64,000 nucleotides of DNA from Octopus sinensis (taxonomy: Eukaryota), in NCBI RefSeq assembly GCF_006345805.1, contig NC_042998.1:96782001-96846000 (forward strand), written 5' to 3'. The translations under genes were made by a program, and so were the position numbers. Below the pieces are notes generated by a model that had not been told where the DNA came from, ran no database searches, and saw only the letters and a list, made by a program, of their open reading frames with translations. Positions 41,468 to 55,330 of this stretch are shown here, one piece after another; position 1 is the first letter of the stretch, and each line of letters begins with the position of its first letter.

Positions 41468-44400
41468 TGTGGTGGTGCTGGTGTTGGTTGTAGCAGTAGT
41501 GCTATCATCACAACAATATCAGTACATATAGACAAAAAAAAAAGGGAAAAAACTCACGTCAACTTCGATATGAGGGAACTGTACAAGTAGAGTGACAGCA
41601 ACATCGTTTCCTCTCATGGCTGCAAAATGCAATGGTGTGCTGCCATATGTGTCCTGGGCATTGATATCAGCTCCTCTTTCCACCAAGTAGGGTATAACAC
41701 CATATTCAGCTAGGTCTTCCGCGTCAGGCTGAAAGAAAGAAAGAAAGAAATCATCATTTAGTAGGTGCAGGCATGGCTGTGTGGTTAGGAAGCTTGCCTC
41801 CCAGCCATAAGGTTTCACGTTCAGTCCCACTGTGTGGCACCTTGGACAAGTGTCTTCTGCTATAACCTTGGACTGACTGAAGCCTTGTGATTGAATTTAG
41901 TAGGCTGAAGTTACCATTGTGAGTGTACATGTGGGTGTAAGTGCTTGTGCCTCCTATCAGAAAGAAATCTATTATAATAATAGGTCCAGGGTCTGTTCGT
42001 CTATCTTATACATATGTTCTGTAACTAAATGGTTGGGTTCACTGACCTCAGTATTGTATTTGCCAACAAAATGTTTTATCTATCAATATACTTAACTATC
42101 TTTCTCTTTAAGTTTCTATTCAGTTCACCAAATCTCTTCTCTTGCAAAGTCCCAATGGATGATGTCGTGGTGGAATGATGCTGTAGACCACTGGTTCTCA
42201 AAGTGGGTGCTACCACCCCCCAGTTGGCATTGAAAGGGTCCAGGGTGTCTAAGGGGGTAGTGCAAGGGGGCATGGTGAAGAAAAAGGAGGATTTGGGAGA
42301 AAGGCAATGGATTGGGGGACACTATGAATTTATAATATTATTATAATATTGCATACAAATTATATAATAGTATATATAAATTAGTAAAATATAAAATAAT
42401 TATTTAAACATAAAAATAGGGGCGAGGGCACTGAGGGTATTATGTGGCCATACGTGGGGCAGTGGCCCAAAAACTTTGGGAACCTCTACTGTAGACAAAG
42501 CCATAAGAGCAAAGAAACAAGCCTGGAAGGACTGGAAGAATGATGGTAGCAAGGAACTATGTGAGGCAGCTAGGTGGGAGGCTAGAAGACAGATGTACTT
42601 AGCCAGGGAAGAAGCAGAAAGGAAGAAGTTTGCCAATCTTTTGCGTCATGAAGACCAGAGGCTTGAAGTGTTTCAGATTGCTAGACAGTGTATCAAATAA
42701 AATCGTTATGTGGTAGGAGAGAAATGTGTTCACATGAATGATGGCTCACTTGCAGTTAGTGATACTGCAAAGGAAGATGCTTAAAAGTGCCACTATGAAA
42801 GGCTACAAAATGTCAAGAATGCATGGAAGAAGGAGAGCTTGTCCAATATGGACCTGACAGTAGATAAAGCAATTAAAGATATGAAGACGAGGAAAGCCTC
42901 CAATCCATCAGGAATCACCACAGAGGTACTTAAAATCTCTGGGAGACTGGGATATAACCTGGTTACCTGTATAGTTAATCAGGTTGTCCATGAGGGAATT
43001 ATACCCAATGACTAGTGTAGCAGCATTATAGTCAACTGCTAAAAATGCAAAGGTGATGCCCTTGACAGAAATAGTTAAGGGGAATCAAACTGCTGGATCA
43101 GGTGATGAAAGTTGCCAAAGGGTCATAGCTCAATTAATTAGGGAGAAATTTAGCATAGATGAGATGCAGTTTGGATTTGTGCCAGGAAGAAACACCACCA
43201 ATACTATCTTCTTGATGAGGCAACTGCAGAAGTATCTGGCCAAAAATAAACCTCTGTTTCTGGTTTTTGTTGACATGGAGAAAGCCTTTGACAGGGTCCC
43301 CCACTTTCTTAACTGGTGGGCAATGCAGAAGCTAGAGATAGATGAGTGGTTAGTGAGAGCTGTGCAAGCCATGTACAGGAATGCCATTAGTAAGTAAGTT
43401 ACTAACAAGTATAGCAAAGAGTTTAGTGTACAAGAAGGAGTCCAACAGGAGTTGGTTCTTAGCTCCCTCTTATTTTTCATGGTCCTCCAAGCTATAACTG
43501 ACTGCTCCTAGGAATTCCTCTATGCTGATGACCTTGTTCTTACTGCTGAATCACTACCAAAATAAGAAAAGAAATTTCTGGTATGGAAGCAGAGTCTGAA
43601 ATCAAAGGGCCTTAGAGTTAACATAGCAAAGACCAAAGTATAAGTAGGAAAACAGACAAATTACAGGTACCTTCAGGGAGATGGTCCTGTTCTATATCTA
43701 GAAAAGGTGTCGGGAAGAACTCCATAAAGTGTACACAGTACAAGCTATGAGCACATAAGTGGTGTAGTAGAATCACTGGATGACTAACAGAGAAAGTAGT
43801 CTTTACAAGTAGCAGATGTACAGGTACATTAAACACTAGGAATGTACAAAAAATAGACTCCATTGTATGCCAGGGGTGATTCCTAATAGTAGACAGTTTC
43901 CATTACTTAGGTGACCAAGTTAGAAGTTGGGGTGGTTGTTCTGAAAGCATAGCTACTACAATAATAATAGGCTGGGTGATGTTCAGAGAGCTGCTACCTC
44001 TGTTAGTAGGAAATCTCCCACAGAGTGAAAGACAGATTGTATGATGTCTGTGTACAGACAGCTATGCTACATGGCAGTGGGACATGGGCTGTGACTATTG
44101 AAGATATGTGAAGACATGAAAGAAATGAAGCCAGTATGCTTTAATGAATGGATAATGTCAGTGTGAATATACAACTGAGTATAAGTCATTTGGGAGAAAA
44201 ACTGGGTATATGTAGCATCTGATGGAGTGTGCAAGAGAGAACACTGTGCCCATTTGGCCATGTAATGTGTATGAATGAGGAGATTTGCATCAAGAAGTGC
44301 TGGACTCTAATGGTAGAGGGAACATGTGGAAGGGGTAGACTCAAGAAGACATGAGACAAAGTGGTGAGAAAGGATCTACAAATGCTGTGACTCACAGAAG

Positions 44401-46247
44401 GGATGACAGAGGACTGAGACACCTGACGGTTTACTGTGCTTGAAAAGACACATCAAGCTAAGTAAAAGTATGGCTGCCCTTGCATAAAGGCTGGCATATA
44501 GGCTTGTCCCTTGCAACCCTCTCCAGCTGAGCATCCCTAAGCTCATGGGCTTGTAAGTGCTGGTGTCACACAAAAAGGACCCATATCAGTACTGCATAAA
44601 AGCACCCAGTACAATCTGCAAAGCGGTTGGCATTAGGAAGGGTATCTAGCCATAAAAACCTTGCCAATTCAGACATGGAGCCTGAACAGCCCTTGATATA
44701 TATATATGAAGGAATATACTGTACCATGTGTCCTCTGCTTTGTAACATGATTATGCAAACACAAGGCCATGTGCTTAATGGTTGTTAAACTCATGATCAT
44801 AAAGTCATAGGTTTGATTCCTAGAGTGAGCAGAACATTATGTCCTTCAGTAAAACACTTCATTTCATGCTGCTCCAGTTTATTCACCTGAAAATGAGTAC
44901 CAGGTGAGTCTTAGTGCAGCTCTCTCTCCTTGTAACTATGGCATCCTTGATGATTAGCTGAGTCAAGGTTGAAAGGTCAAAGTGAATGTCTATGTCAGCT
45001 CACAACTACAAAGCCGCCTAAAACAATTAGTAAAAGCATGTTACAGGCTTACCACATTATTATTATGTGGAGGTACATGGCCTAGTGGTTAGAGCAGTGG
45101 ACTCACGGTCGAGGGATCGCAGGATTAAATCTCAGACCGGGCGATGTTTGTGTTTATGAGCAAAACACCTAAGCTCCACGCAGCTCCGGCAGAAGGTAAT
45201 GGCGAAACTTCTGCTGATTTTTTTGCCACAACTTTCTCTCACTCTTTCCTCCTGCATCTTCCAGCTCACCTGTGACGGACCGGCGTCCCGTCCAGGTGGG
45301 GAACCTATATGCCAAGAAACCGGGAAACTGGCCCTTATGAGCCAGGCATGGCTCAAGAAGGAACAAACAAACAACAACGTTATTATTATGCTTTCTGATT
45401 TCGGCACAAAGTTAACAATTTTGAGAGGAAAGGGTTAATTAATATCATCAACCATCAATCCCCTTGACTTAGGACTCTATTTTATCAACTCTGAAAGTAT
45501 AAAAGACAAAGTTGATCCCAGCAGAAACTGAACTCAGAATGTAAAGTGTCTGAATATGTATCCCAAGGTATTTCATCTGACATTCTGACATTTCTGCCAA
45601 CGGTGCAATACTTACAGCATCTTCACTGACTGGTGTTGCATCTGATCTTTTTGAAGCATCTCTTTTATATTTGGCCGCAAAATGTAATGGCTGTGCTCCA
45701 TAATCACCAGGGTCATTGATATCTGTCGATATAAATTACAGAAATAGAATTAGATGTTTTTCTGTTTTTCTTTTATTAATTGAAACATTAAACAGAACAA
45801 AAAGGTAACTCCAAATTTACTAGCAAGGCTGTGTGGTTAAGAAACTTGCTTCCCAAGCATTTAGTTTCAGGTTCAGTCCTACTGCATGGCACCCTAGACA
45901 AGTGTCGTTTACTTTAGCTTCAAGGTGACAAAAGCCTAATGAAAAGATTTGGTAGAAGGAAAGTGAAAGAAGTCCATGGTATATATGCATAAACATGTAT
46001 ATGTGAGTGTGCGTGTGTGTTTGTGTGTACCCTTGTCTTGACATCATGTGATGGTTTTAAACAAATTTCATCATCATCCAGTTCTCAATGGAAAACATAT
46101 CTACCTATGGGGAAATATTACCTGGCCTGCAAACAGGTAAGGGTGGGTAACAGGAAAGGCATCTAGCTATAGGAACTATGCCTCAACAAATTCCATACAT
46201 ATTCTGTCTGAAGTAGACACTAAACAACACACAATTATATGTAATTC

Positions 46248-46286
<39 letters not shown>

Positions 46287-49200
46287 TATATATATATACT
46301 TATAGATATATGTAGGTCCTGGGTTGAGTCGGGGTTAACCAAAGTAAATAAGGTACTCAATACATAGCAGAGTAAAGTAATTTATTTTATAGAAGGAGCT
46401 TCTACAGGACTAGAACTGTTTCATTCAGATGAAATCTTCAGGAAGCTGGCTGTCAAAATAAGTTCTGGTATTTATGCATTTAGGCAGATTTAATAGAGTG
46501 GGGGTGGGGGACGTTTTTTGGGTAGGTTGGTATTTAGGAGATAAACAGGGCACAAGCTATTGTTCTTAGGGGAGTGGTCAAAAGGCCAGAGTGTTTTTTG
46601 AAATGAGAAGAATCAGTGAGAAAATAAATAAATGAATAAATAGAATAAATGAATAGAAACAGATATATGGGATGGGATTTTAGGTAAATTAGAAGACAAT
46701 TGCTTTTTGGTGGTCAAGAGGAGGTAGGCAGTTTGTTATGGTTAGGTGGAGGGAATAGATAAATATACATGAAAAAACATATTTTTCTATTCATTTATTT
46801 ATTTTCTCACTGATTCTTCTCATTTCAAAAAACACTCTGGCCTTTTGACCACTCCCCTAAGAACAATAGCTTGTGCCCTGTTTATCTCCTAAATACCAAC
46901 CTACCCAAAAAACGTCCCCCACCACCACTCCATTAAATCTGCCTAAATGCATAAATACCAGAACTTATAAGGTAGCGCTCTTGTTCATAGCACCCCCTCC
47001 TCCTGGTTCAATGGCTTGTACCACCAAACAGTTGGTCAGCTCTGGCTGCTGGAACTGAAACTAACATGACACTGTTGGAAGGCAGGTTTAGAGAGGGCAC
47101 AGGCTAAAACTAAACACCCTTCCCCTCTATTGGTCAGTTGAAGCTTAGACATGACAGTTAGCTGGTGCTTGCTGCTGGAGCCTACAGGCAAGAATTTATA
47201 GTGAAATTTGGCAGGATGGTCAATGAAGAAATCAAAGAATAGAAGAAAAAAGGACAAAGAAGAAATGCACTCAACACCAAAGCTAAAGACACCTCTGAAA
47301 TGGGGCGGGGGCCCTGCCATGTCAAAAACCGTAGAGGAGTAAGGGGAAAAACTGGACGTGGTTCCTCCTGATGATGTCTTTAGACACTGGATCCTATAAA
47401 GGAGCTGTTGAGGTAGCGAACCACAAAATGTGGTTGGAATTCCTTCCTATATGTGTGTGTGTAAGTCAAATTTAAATTCTAAAAATTAAGGTTTAGAAAG
47501 TAGGTGTTAAATGCAGTGTCCAAACTTTATTTCAGGGTAAGTTCCAGATGGTGTGTCTGTGGAGCATGTTCACCACTTATGGCTATCTGGCATTATCAGC
47601 AATATATTGCATTCATCATTTGACCTATGTCCAGAAATTCCAGGATACACATAGGGTGTATTTTAAAGATTAATGGATAAGACGGAGTAAAACAAAATGC
47701 ATTTATTAGCACAATATTTGTTTCAGCTTCTAGTTGCACTCGTCCCTAGTGGGCATGGAATGATGCAATAATACCAGATGCAATGTACAGTGCCACCTCT
47801 TCAGGTGGCACAATATCCTTATGAGTGTTATTGCATCATTCCACCCCCACTAGGGAGCAGTGCAACTTGAAGCCAAAACAGTTGTGCTACTAAATGCTTT
47901 TTGTTATACTCCATCTTCTCCATTAATCTTTAATATCTCCTCGTTTCAATTCACATTTTTATTCCCATATTTTCGTCCTTCTGTCCCCAAACAAAACTTT
48001 ACTTGTTCATGACCTGTTTAACCTCACTGGCATTATTTTCGTCCTTCTGTCCCCAAACTAAACTCACTTCCGGTCGCAGTTTATCTGTTTAAAAACTCCC
48101 GATTCATGTGGTTCCTTCCATTCATTCCTTTTCCCTTCATTCCTTCGCCAAACAATGTCCAGATTTTTCTCGTTTTTTTTCTTTTCTTTCTATCCCTTGT
48201 ACTTCATTTGCCACTAACACTTTAAATGTATTATTTATTAACAGCTTGTTTTCATGAGCTAACCACTCAAATATAATTTTAATTTTAATTTTAGTTTTAT
48301 CGCATGTAATTTTGTTACGATATTTACTCATTAAGATAATTACTCGTTTTGCCTCATTTCAATTCACATTCTTATTCCCATATTCTCATCCCTCTGTCCC
48401 CAAATAAAACTTTGCTTCTTAATTCTCCTCATTCTTATTTCCATATTTTCGTCCTTCGTCCTTTGCTTGTTCGCGGTGCGCCCGTCCTTTCCTGCCTGCA
48501 CCACCAATACCGGGTACCTCTATCTTCGCACCATCTACACCGGATATCCCTTCTCCCACCACCATTACCTGTGTCTATTCTTCCAACCCCTCCATGTCAA
48601 TGGGCTATTCTCCATATATTACCTACACTTCTCTCTCTCCTAGGACAAATGCAGCCAGCACATCTGCTCATCAACCTACCCACTTAACCGGTTATCTAAC
48701 ATCTCATTCTGTTTAGAAATCTGTCACCACCCCTACCAGTTATCTCTTCTCCTAATTCCCCCTCCTCAAGGGTTTTCAGCCTTTGTACAGGCTTTGCTAC
48801 TGATTCTCTTATTCTCAGAAGAAGCAGTTGACAGATATTAAGTTTCCACTTCATCCATCAGGAGTCAATAAAGTAAGTACCAGTCATAAACTTGGGAGAC
48901 TCCAGTTACTTATATTCCTACCTTCCAAATACATGTACAGGCATACCTCAGCTTAAGTCATTTTGATTTAAGTCATTCCTGATTAAAAGTCGGTTTTCAA
49001 AAATAATATATGGAAAAATAAAAATCAAGTTAAATCATTTCCCGCAACTTTTCATCTGTCCACCACAAATATTGGAATCGTAAAATCACTAGAAAACCAT
49101 TAAAACCACATAAAATCATGTTACTGTACAATAAATAAGAATAAAAGCATATAAAATCATATTAAAATATGTAGAGTAAAAAAGGTTTTTATTAACCATG

Positions 49201-49699
49201 TATTATTGAAAATGCATTCATAAATAAAGTACAGAACTGGGAATGGTTATTAACGGTTTAGCCTAGGGACAAGTAAATTCAGCCTAACCTAGAGACAAGT
49301 TAATTTGACTTCAGTCATTTTTCGACTTAAGTCATGTCTCCTGGAACCAATTAACGACGTAGGGTGAGGTATGCCTGTACTTGTTTCACAGAAACTTTAT
49401 TGGAATAAATTCAAAGGTTCCTTACGTGCACCATTTTCAACCAACAGCTTCACAATATCTATATTGCCATAGCGTACTGCATAATGCAATGGGCTCAACT
49501 CATTGTCATCGTGTTTGTTGATATTTCTACGCAACTTTTTCTGGGTATTCAAGTACTCTAGGATTAATTTGGTACTGTTAATATCGCCATCTCGAGCACA
49601 CTGAAATGAGAAGATTTTATACACATAAAGAATTACTTATAAAGCACTTATAAAACACTATAGAAAGTTTCAATATACAGCAACGTAACATAACTCTCT

Positions 49700-49744
<45 letters not shown>

Positions 49745-50853
49745 ATGTATATATAAAAGACTCTAAACTAAAAAAAAGAGAATGTTGGCAAAATATTGTC
49801 CCAAAATCAATTCCCATCCAACCCATATTTAGCATGGAAAAACAGATGCTAAATGTGTGTGTGCAAGCATGCTTGTATGCATGTGTGCATGCATGCATGT
49901 GTGTGTGTGTGTGTGTGCGTACATGTGTGTATAAATATATGTCCCCAGCTATGCAACATCAATGTTTATGCTTGCCATCATGCAAAGAACCAGATTAACA
50001 AGTACTTTATCTGAAAACAAGATTTGGTGACAGGAAAGGCATTCAGCCACAGCACACCTCTTCAACAGAGTTTCATCCAAACCATGTTGCCATGAAGAAA
50101 GCCATGAAGAAAGTGGGCATAAAAAGATAATGATGAAGCTCTTGAATATGTGTTACAAACACATACATACTCACACACATATACACACATATAGTCACAT
50201 ATAAACACACATGCATTTATATATACAAATATATTATGGAACACAAATATTTTTTCTACTCCAGGCACATGGCCAAAATTTTGGGGGAGAGGGCCAGTCG
50301 ATTTGATCGACCCCAGTACGCAACCTGAAAGGATGAAAGGTAAAGTCAAGCTCAGTAGAACTTAGACTCAGAACATAAAGACAGACGAAATACTGCTAAG
50401 CCTTTCACCTGGCATGCTAACATTTCTGCCAGCTCACTTCTTTTGGAACACAAATATTGAAAGTATGTGCCTTGCTTGTTTACCAACAGGCTGCGATTTG
50501 ACGCCATGCAGATGACTTTCTCAAAGTACCAGATATCATAGGCACTGAAAGTCATAGGTAACATTGCTTTGAGAGAGTCATAATGAAATTATTATTATAT
50601 ATATTGCATATTGCTGCTATTATGCAAAAGTGTGATAAGTCCAAAACATTACTTTTTCAGAAAACAAAAAAATAGTTTCACCATTCCATAACAAAATTGT
50701 TGTACTACACTTTGATGTTTGATATCCTGACATCTGAAGCAGCTGGAGATACAATAGTTTGACCAAAAGAACTGGTTATTGCAAGCAAAAATAAATATTG
50801 AAAAAAATGCATTTGGCCAAATTTTGACATACAACAGTTTAACATAATAGCAA

Positions 50854-50887
<34 letters not shown>

Positions 50888-53800
50888 TAAATTAGAGATA
50901 AAACCACTATTAGGCAACTCAAACAGTGATAGACATAAACCAAAACATAAAACACAAAAAATAAATATAATTAATCTATATATATAAAACTGTAGTTGTG
51001 TGAGTGTCTGTCCCCTTCGATTTAGATTCCTAACTACTCCCACATTTTGCGGTGCAGCTTAACCAAATTCAGGTATCTTATAGTCGTGATTCATATCGAG
51101 CCCGTCTGAGTATTAGCGCACGTCTACGATGAGTCTACGATTTTAAAAATAATTTAACATCATTTTTTATTCCATTTTAATGCATAATTTTTCGTGTGTC
51201 GATGGCGGCAGAGTTGGCGTCCATGGTCACACCTGCACCTGTTTGCTTCTCCCCCTTCTTCCCTCCATCGTGAAGCTGTGGGGAAGGGAGTGTAAGGAAA
51301 TCAACGTCGTAAAGCGTTGTCAAGGAGACCAGCGTTCTTTTAGAACAAAGGACTTCATGGCTTGAAGAAACCAAAACAGAAATGGCTAAGAAAGCTCGAA
51401 TTGGCATCTATAAGGGAAGTAACTCTCTAAAAATGCTTATATAGTTATTTCCCTTACAAACCCGAGCAACGCCGGACGATACTGCTAGTATAATATACAA
51501 TATATATATAAAATATAAAATTTAAAATTTTAATTATTAAAATTTAAAATTTTTTAATTTTTATATTTTTATATTTTTTAATTTTTTAATTTTTAAATTA
51601 AAAATTTTTTTTTATCTAACCAAAAAGTATAAAAAAGTTTAATATAATATAATTGCTTATTTATTTAACTATTATCATTAACCTGAAGATTGACTATAAT
51701 TTTAATTCGAATTTTCAATTGAATTTATCCCTAATATTATTGAAATCATTATCATTATGGAAGACAGACATTAAATGATGATGATGATGACGATTATCAA
51801 GTGAGAGAGCAGCCATCAAAGTGATGCTGCAAAGTTCAATATACCCATCATGACTACCCATTTGACAAGGGTACACTACGTACATGCATCACGACCATAT
51901 ATACGTGACATGGTGACTTCATATTAATATAAGCAGTGCATGACCTTGCAGGTGAAACCCAGTTAGAATTTTTCTTCAGATCAAGTAGCCCATCCCACCT
52001 AAAAAGTCCCTTATTAAAGGTTATTTAAGGACAATGAAAAAAACACCCAATTTTCCAGGGGTGAATTATTCAAACCCCAAAGAATCCCTCTCAATACATA
52101 TTTTTATTATTATTATTATTATCATTATTATTAAAAAAAGGTATAAAAAGAGAAAGGGCTCTTACCCTGTTGACTAGACACCCATGGCTTTTATGGGTTT
52201 TTCCTCAAGTAACCTTTAAAGTGCGTCCCCCTATAGGGGTTTTTTACTTGTTACATTGTTTTTTCTGTTATCAAATGTTTACATGGACCCTTTTTTTTTT
52301 TGAAAAACCCTTAGTATATCGGCTTGTGCTGTCCTTTAATGTTTTGATTTATATTAACCCTTGTGGCCAATAAATAGAAAGAATTAATATTATTATAAGG
52401 CGGTGAGCTGGCAGAATCATAAGCACTCTGGATGAAATGCTTAGTGGTAGTCCACCCATTGCTACATTCTGAGTTCAAATTCTGCCAAGGTTGATTTTTA
52501 CCTTTTATCCTTTTGGGGTCGATAAATTAAGTACCAGTGAAACACTGGGTTCGATGTAATTGACTAGTCCACTCCCCCAAAATTTCAGTTTTTGTGCCTA
52601 TAGTTGAAAGGATGATGATTATGATTATTATTATTATTATTATTATTATCATAGGTATTATTATTATAGGCGTAGGAGTGGCTGTGTGGTAAGTAGCTTG
52701 CTTACCGACCACATGGTTCAGTCCCACTACGTGGCACCTTGGGCAAATGTCTTCTACTATAGCCTCGGGCTAACCAAAGCCTTGTGAGTAGATTTGGTAG
52801 ACGGAAACTGAAAGAAGCCCGTCGTATATATGTGTATATATGTGTATATATATATATATATACACATATATATATGTGTGTGTGTGTGTATGTTTGTGTG
52901 TCTGTGTTTGTCCACCCAACATCGCTTGACAACCGATGCTGGTGGGTTTACGTCCCCGTAACTTAGCGGTTCGGCAAAAGAGACCGATAGAATAAGTACT
53001 AGGCTTACAAAGAATAAGTCCTGGGGTCGATTTGCTCGACTAAAGGTGGTGCTACAGCATGGCCACAGTCAAATGACTGAAACAAGTAAAAGAGTAAAGA
53101 GTAAAGAGTATTCAAGGCAGAAAGTTGTAGATATACTCTCTTTCTGCAAAAGAATGTACGATAGGACAATCACAGCTGGAATGCCTTTGATCATATGTCT
53201 GCTCAACCATCCCAGATGTGGGGGGGGGGGCTGATAATAAGAACAACAGTAACAACAACAGAATTGCTAATTCAGTCACAAAGAATTCATCATTCTGTAC
53301 ATTTAAACCATGGTAAATGTTTAGCTTATTTGTGATTTTAGTCATATTGTTGTTAGCAAGTTTGCTTTGCAACCTCAATGTGTGTATACATATATAAACA
53401 AACATTTATACATACATACATACATACATACAGTCAGACAGACAGACACATACACACACACACACACACACACATACATACATGTACACATACACACGGA
53501 TGAAAATGGATCATATCCACTATAAGTGATTCACACCTTTGGTATACAAAACATTTATGTCAATAGAAAAAAATCACGTTACTTAACTATCAAGTACACT
53601 ATGCATTTATTGCTTTTCACACATGACTAGGTACAAGAATTTAAACACACCTTACAATCAATAACTCTGTACATGATCAGAATTAATGATATGGACCTCA
53701 CAGAAACAGTATGCTCTATAGAGGCTAGAAAAGAGAGAAAACAAATTGCTTTTTTATCTTTTATCTCTTTCTTGTTTCAGTCATTAGACTGTGGCCATGT

Positions 53801-55299
53801 TGGGGCACCACCTTGAATTTTTAGTTAAATAAATCAACTTCAGTTCTTTATTTTCTTTAAGCATGGTACTTGTTCTATCAGTCTCTTTGGCTGAAATGCT
53901 AAGTTACAGGGACATGAACAAACCAACACCAGTTCTCAAGGAGTGGTGAAGGACAAACAGACAAAGACACACACACATACATATATATATTGGGCTTCTT
54001 GCAGTTTCCATTTACCAAATCCACTCACAAGGCTTTGGGAAGCCCAAGGTTCTAGTAGAAGACATTTGCCCAAATGTTAGACAGTGGAACTGAGCCCAGA
54101 ACCACGTGGTCAGGAACCAAGCTTCTTCCCACACAGCCACACCGGCACCAGGTTGTGTGTTGTGTTCTTGAGCAAGACACTTTATTTCACATTGCTTTAC
54201 TTCACTCAGATGTAAAAATGAGTTGTGGCATCACTGGTGCCAAGCTGTATCTGCCTTTGACTTTCCCTTGGATAACATCAGTGGTATGGAGAAGGGAGGC
54301 TGATATGCATGGGCAACTGATGATCTTCTATAAACAACCTGCCCAGGCTTGTTCTTCAGAGGCTAACTTTCCAGGTGCAATCCCATGGTCATTCATGACC
54401 AAAGGGGGTCTTTAGCCTTGTACCCTGGATATGTAACCAATTGACTAATGATAAAGGAGTGGAATTGAATCAGTGTGTGTGTGTTAATAATATTGATATA
54501 AGGCGGCGAGCTGGTAGAAACGTTAGCACGCCGGGTGAAATGCTAAGCAGTATTTCGTCTGCAGTTACATTCTGAGTTTAAATTCCGCCGAGGTCGACTT
54601 TGCTTTTCATCCTTTCGGGGTCGATTAAATAAGTACCAGTTAATCACTGGGGTCGATGTAATCGACTTAATCCCCTTGTCTGTCCTTGTTTGTTCCCTCT
54701 ATGTTTAGTCTCTTGTGGGCAATAAAGAAATAAATATTGACATAATGACCCTCCCTAGCCACAATAAAATGCCATGTATTTAACTGATTAACATTAATCC
54801 TTTTGATACTAGCCTGTATAAAGCCTGATACAAATTTCCTGTTTTAAAGTGATCCAAAATAAAGCTATCCATTAAAATTCCATGTTAATTCATGTTCTAA
54901 ACCCCAGCTTAAGAATGACAAAGTTATTTTACTAAATTCTTCACTGTCTTCTAACTTAATTGGAACAAAAGCAGTGTTTTTCAATAGAAATACATTAACA
55001 AAATAGTTAAGGAGTTTGAAGGGAATTGCATTTAGCATTAGAACCAGTGATATTTAACATCATCATCACTGTTTTTCTGTCTGTTTCTATGTTTTTTTCT
55101 TGTTATTATGAGTTGTATGAGGCTTCTTGATGCAGAATTCTATGTCTGGATGCCCTTGCCTGACACCATCTTTTACAAGTTTTTAAGTGAGGTGTTTTAT
55201 TCTACATTGCCTCACCTTGAATCACTGAGTTTGTTTAAGTAGAATGCAAACAACCATCACTGCTGCCCTAGCAGTGTGTCAGAGAAGACACATGGATGA

Positions 55300-55330
<31 letters not shown>

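Noticed and set aside
47360-47450. CTGATGA...GAACCACAAAATGTGGTT hammerhead-like motif
   Set aside because: GAAA core broken and stem I poorly paired; at most a dead PLE relic.
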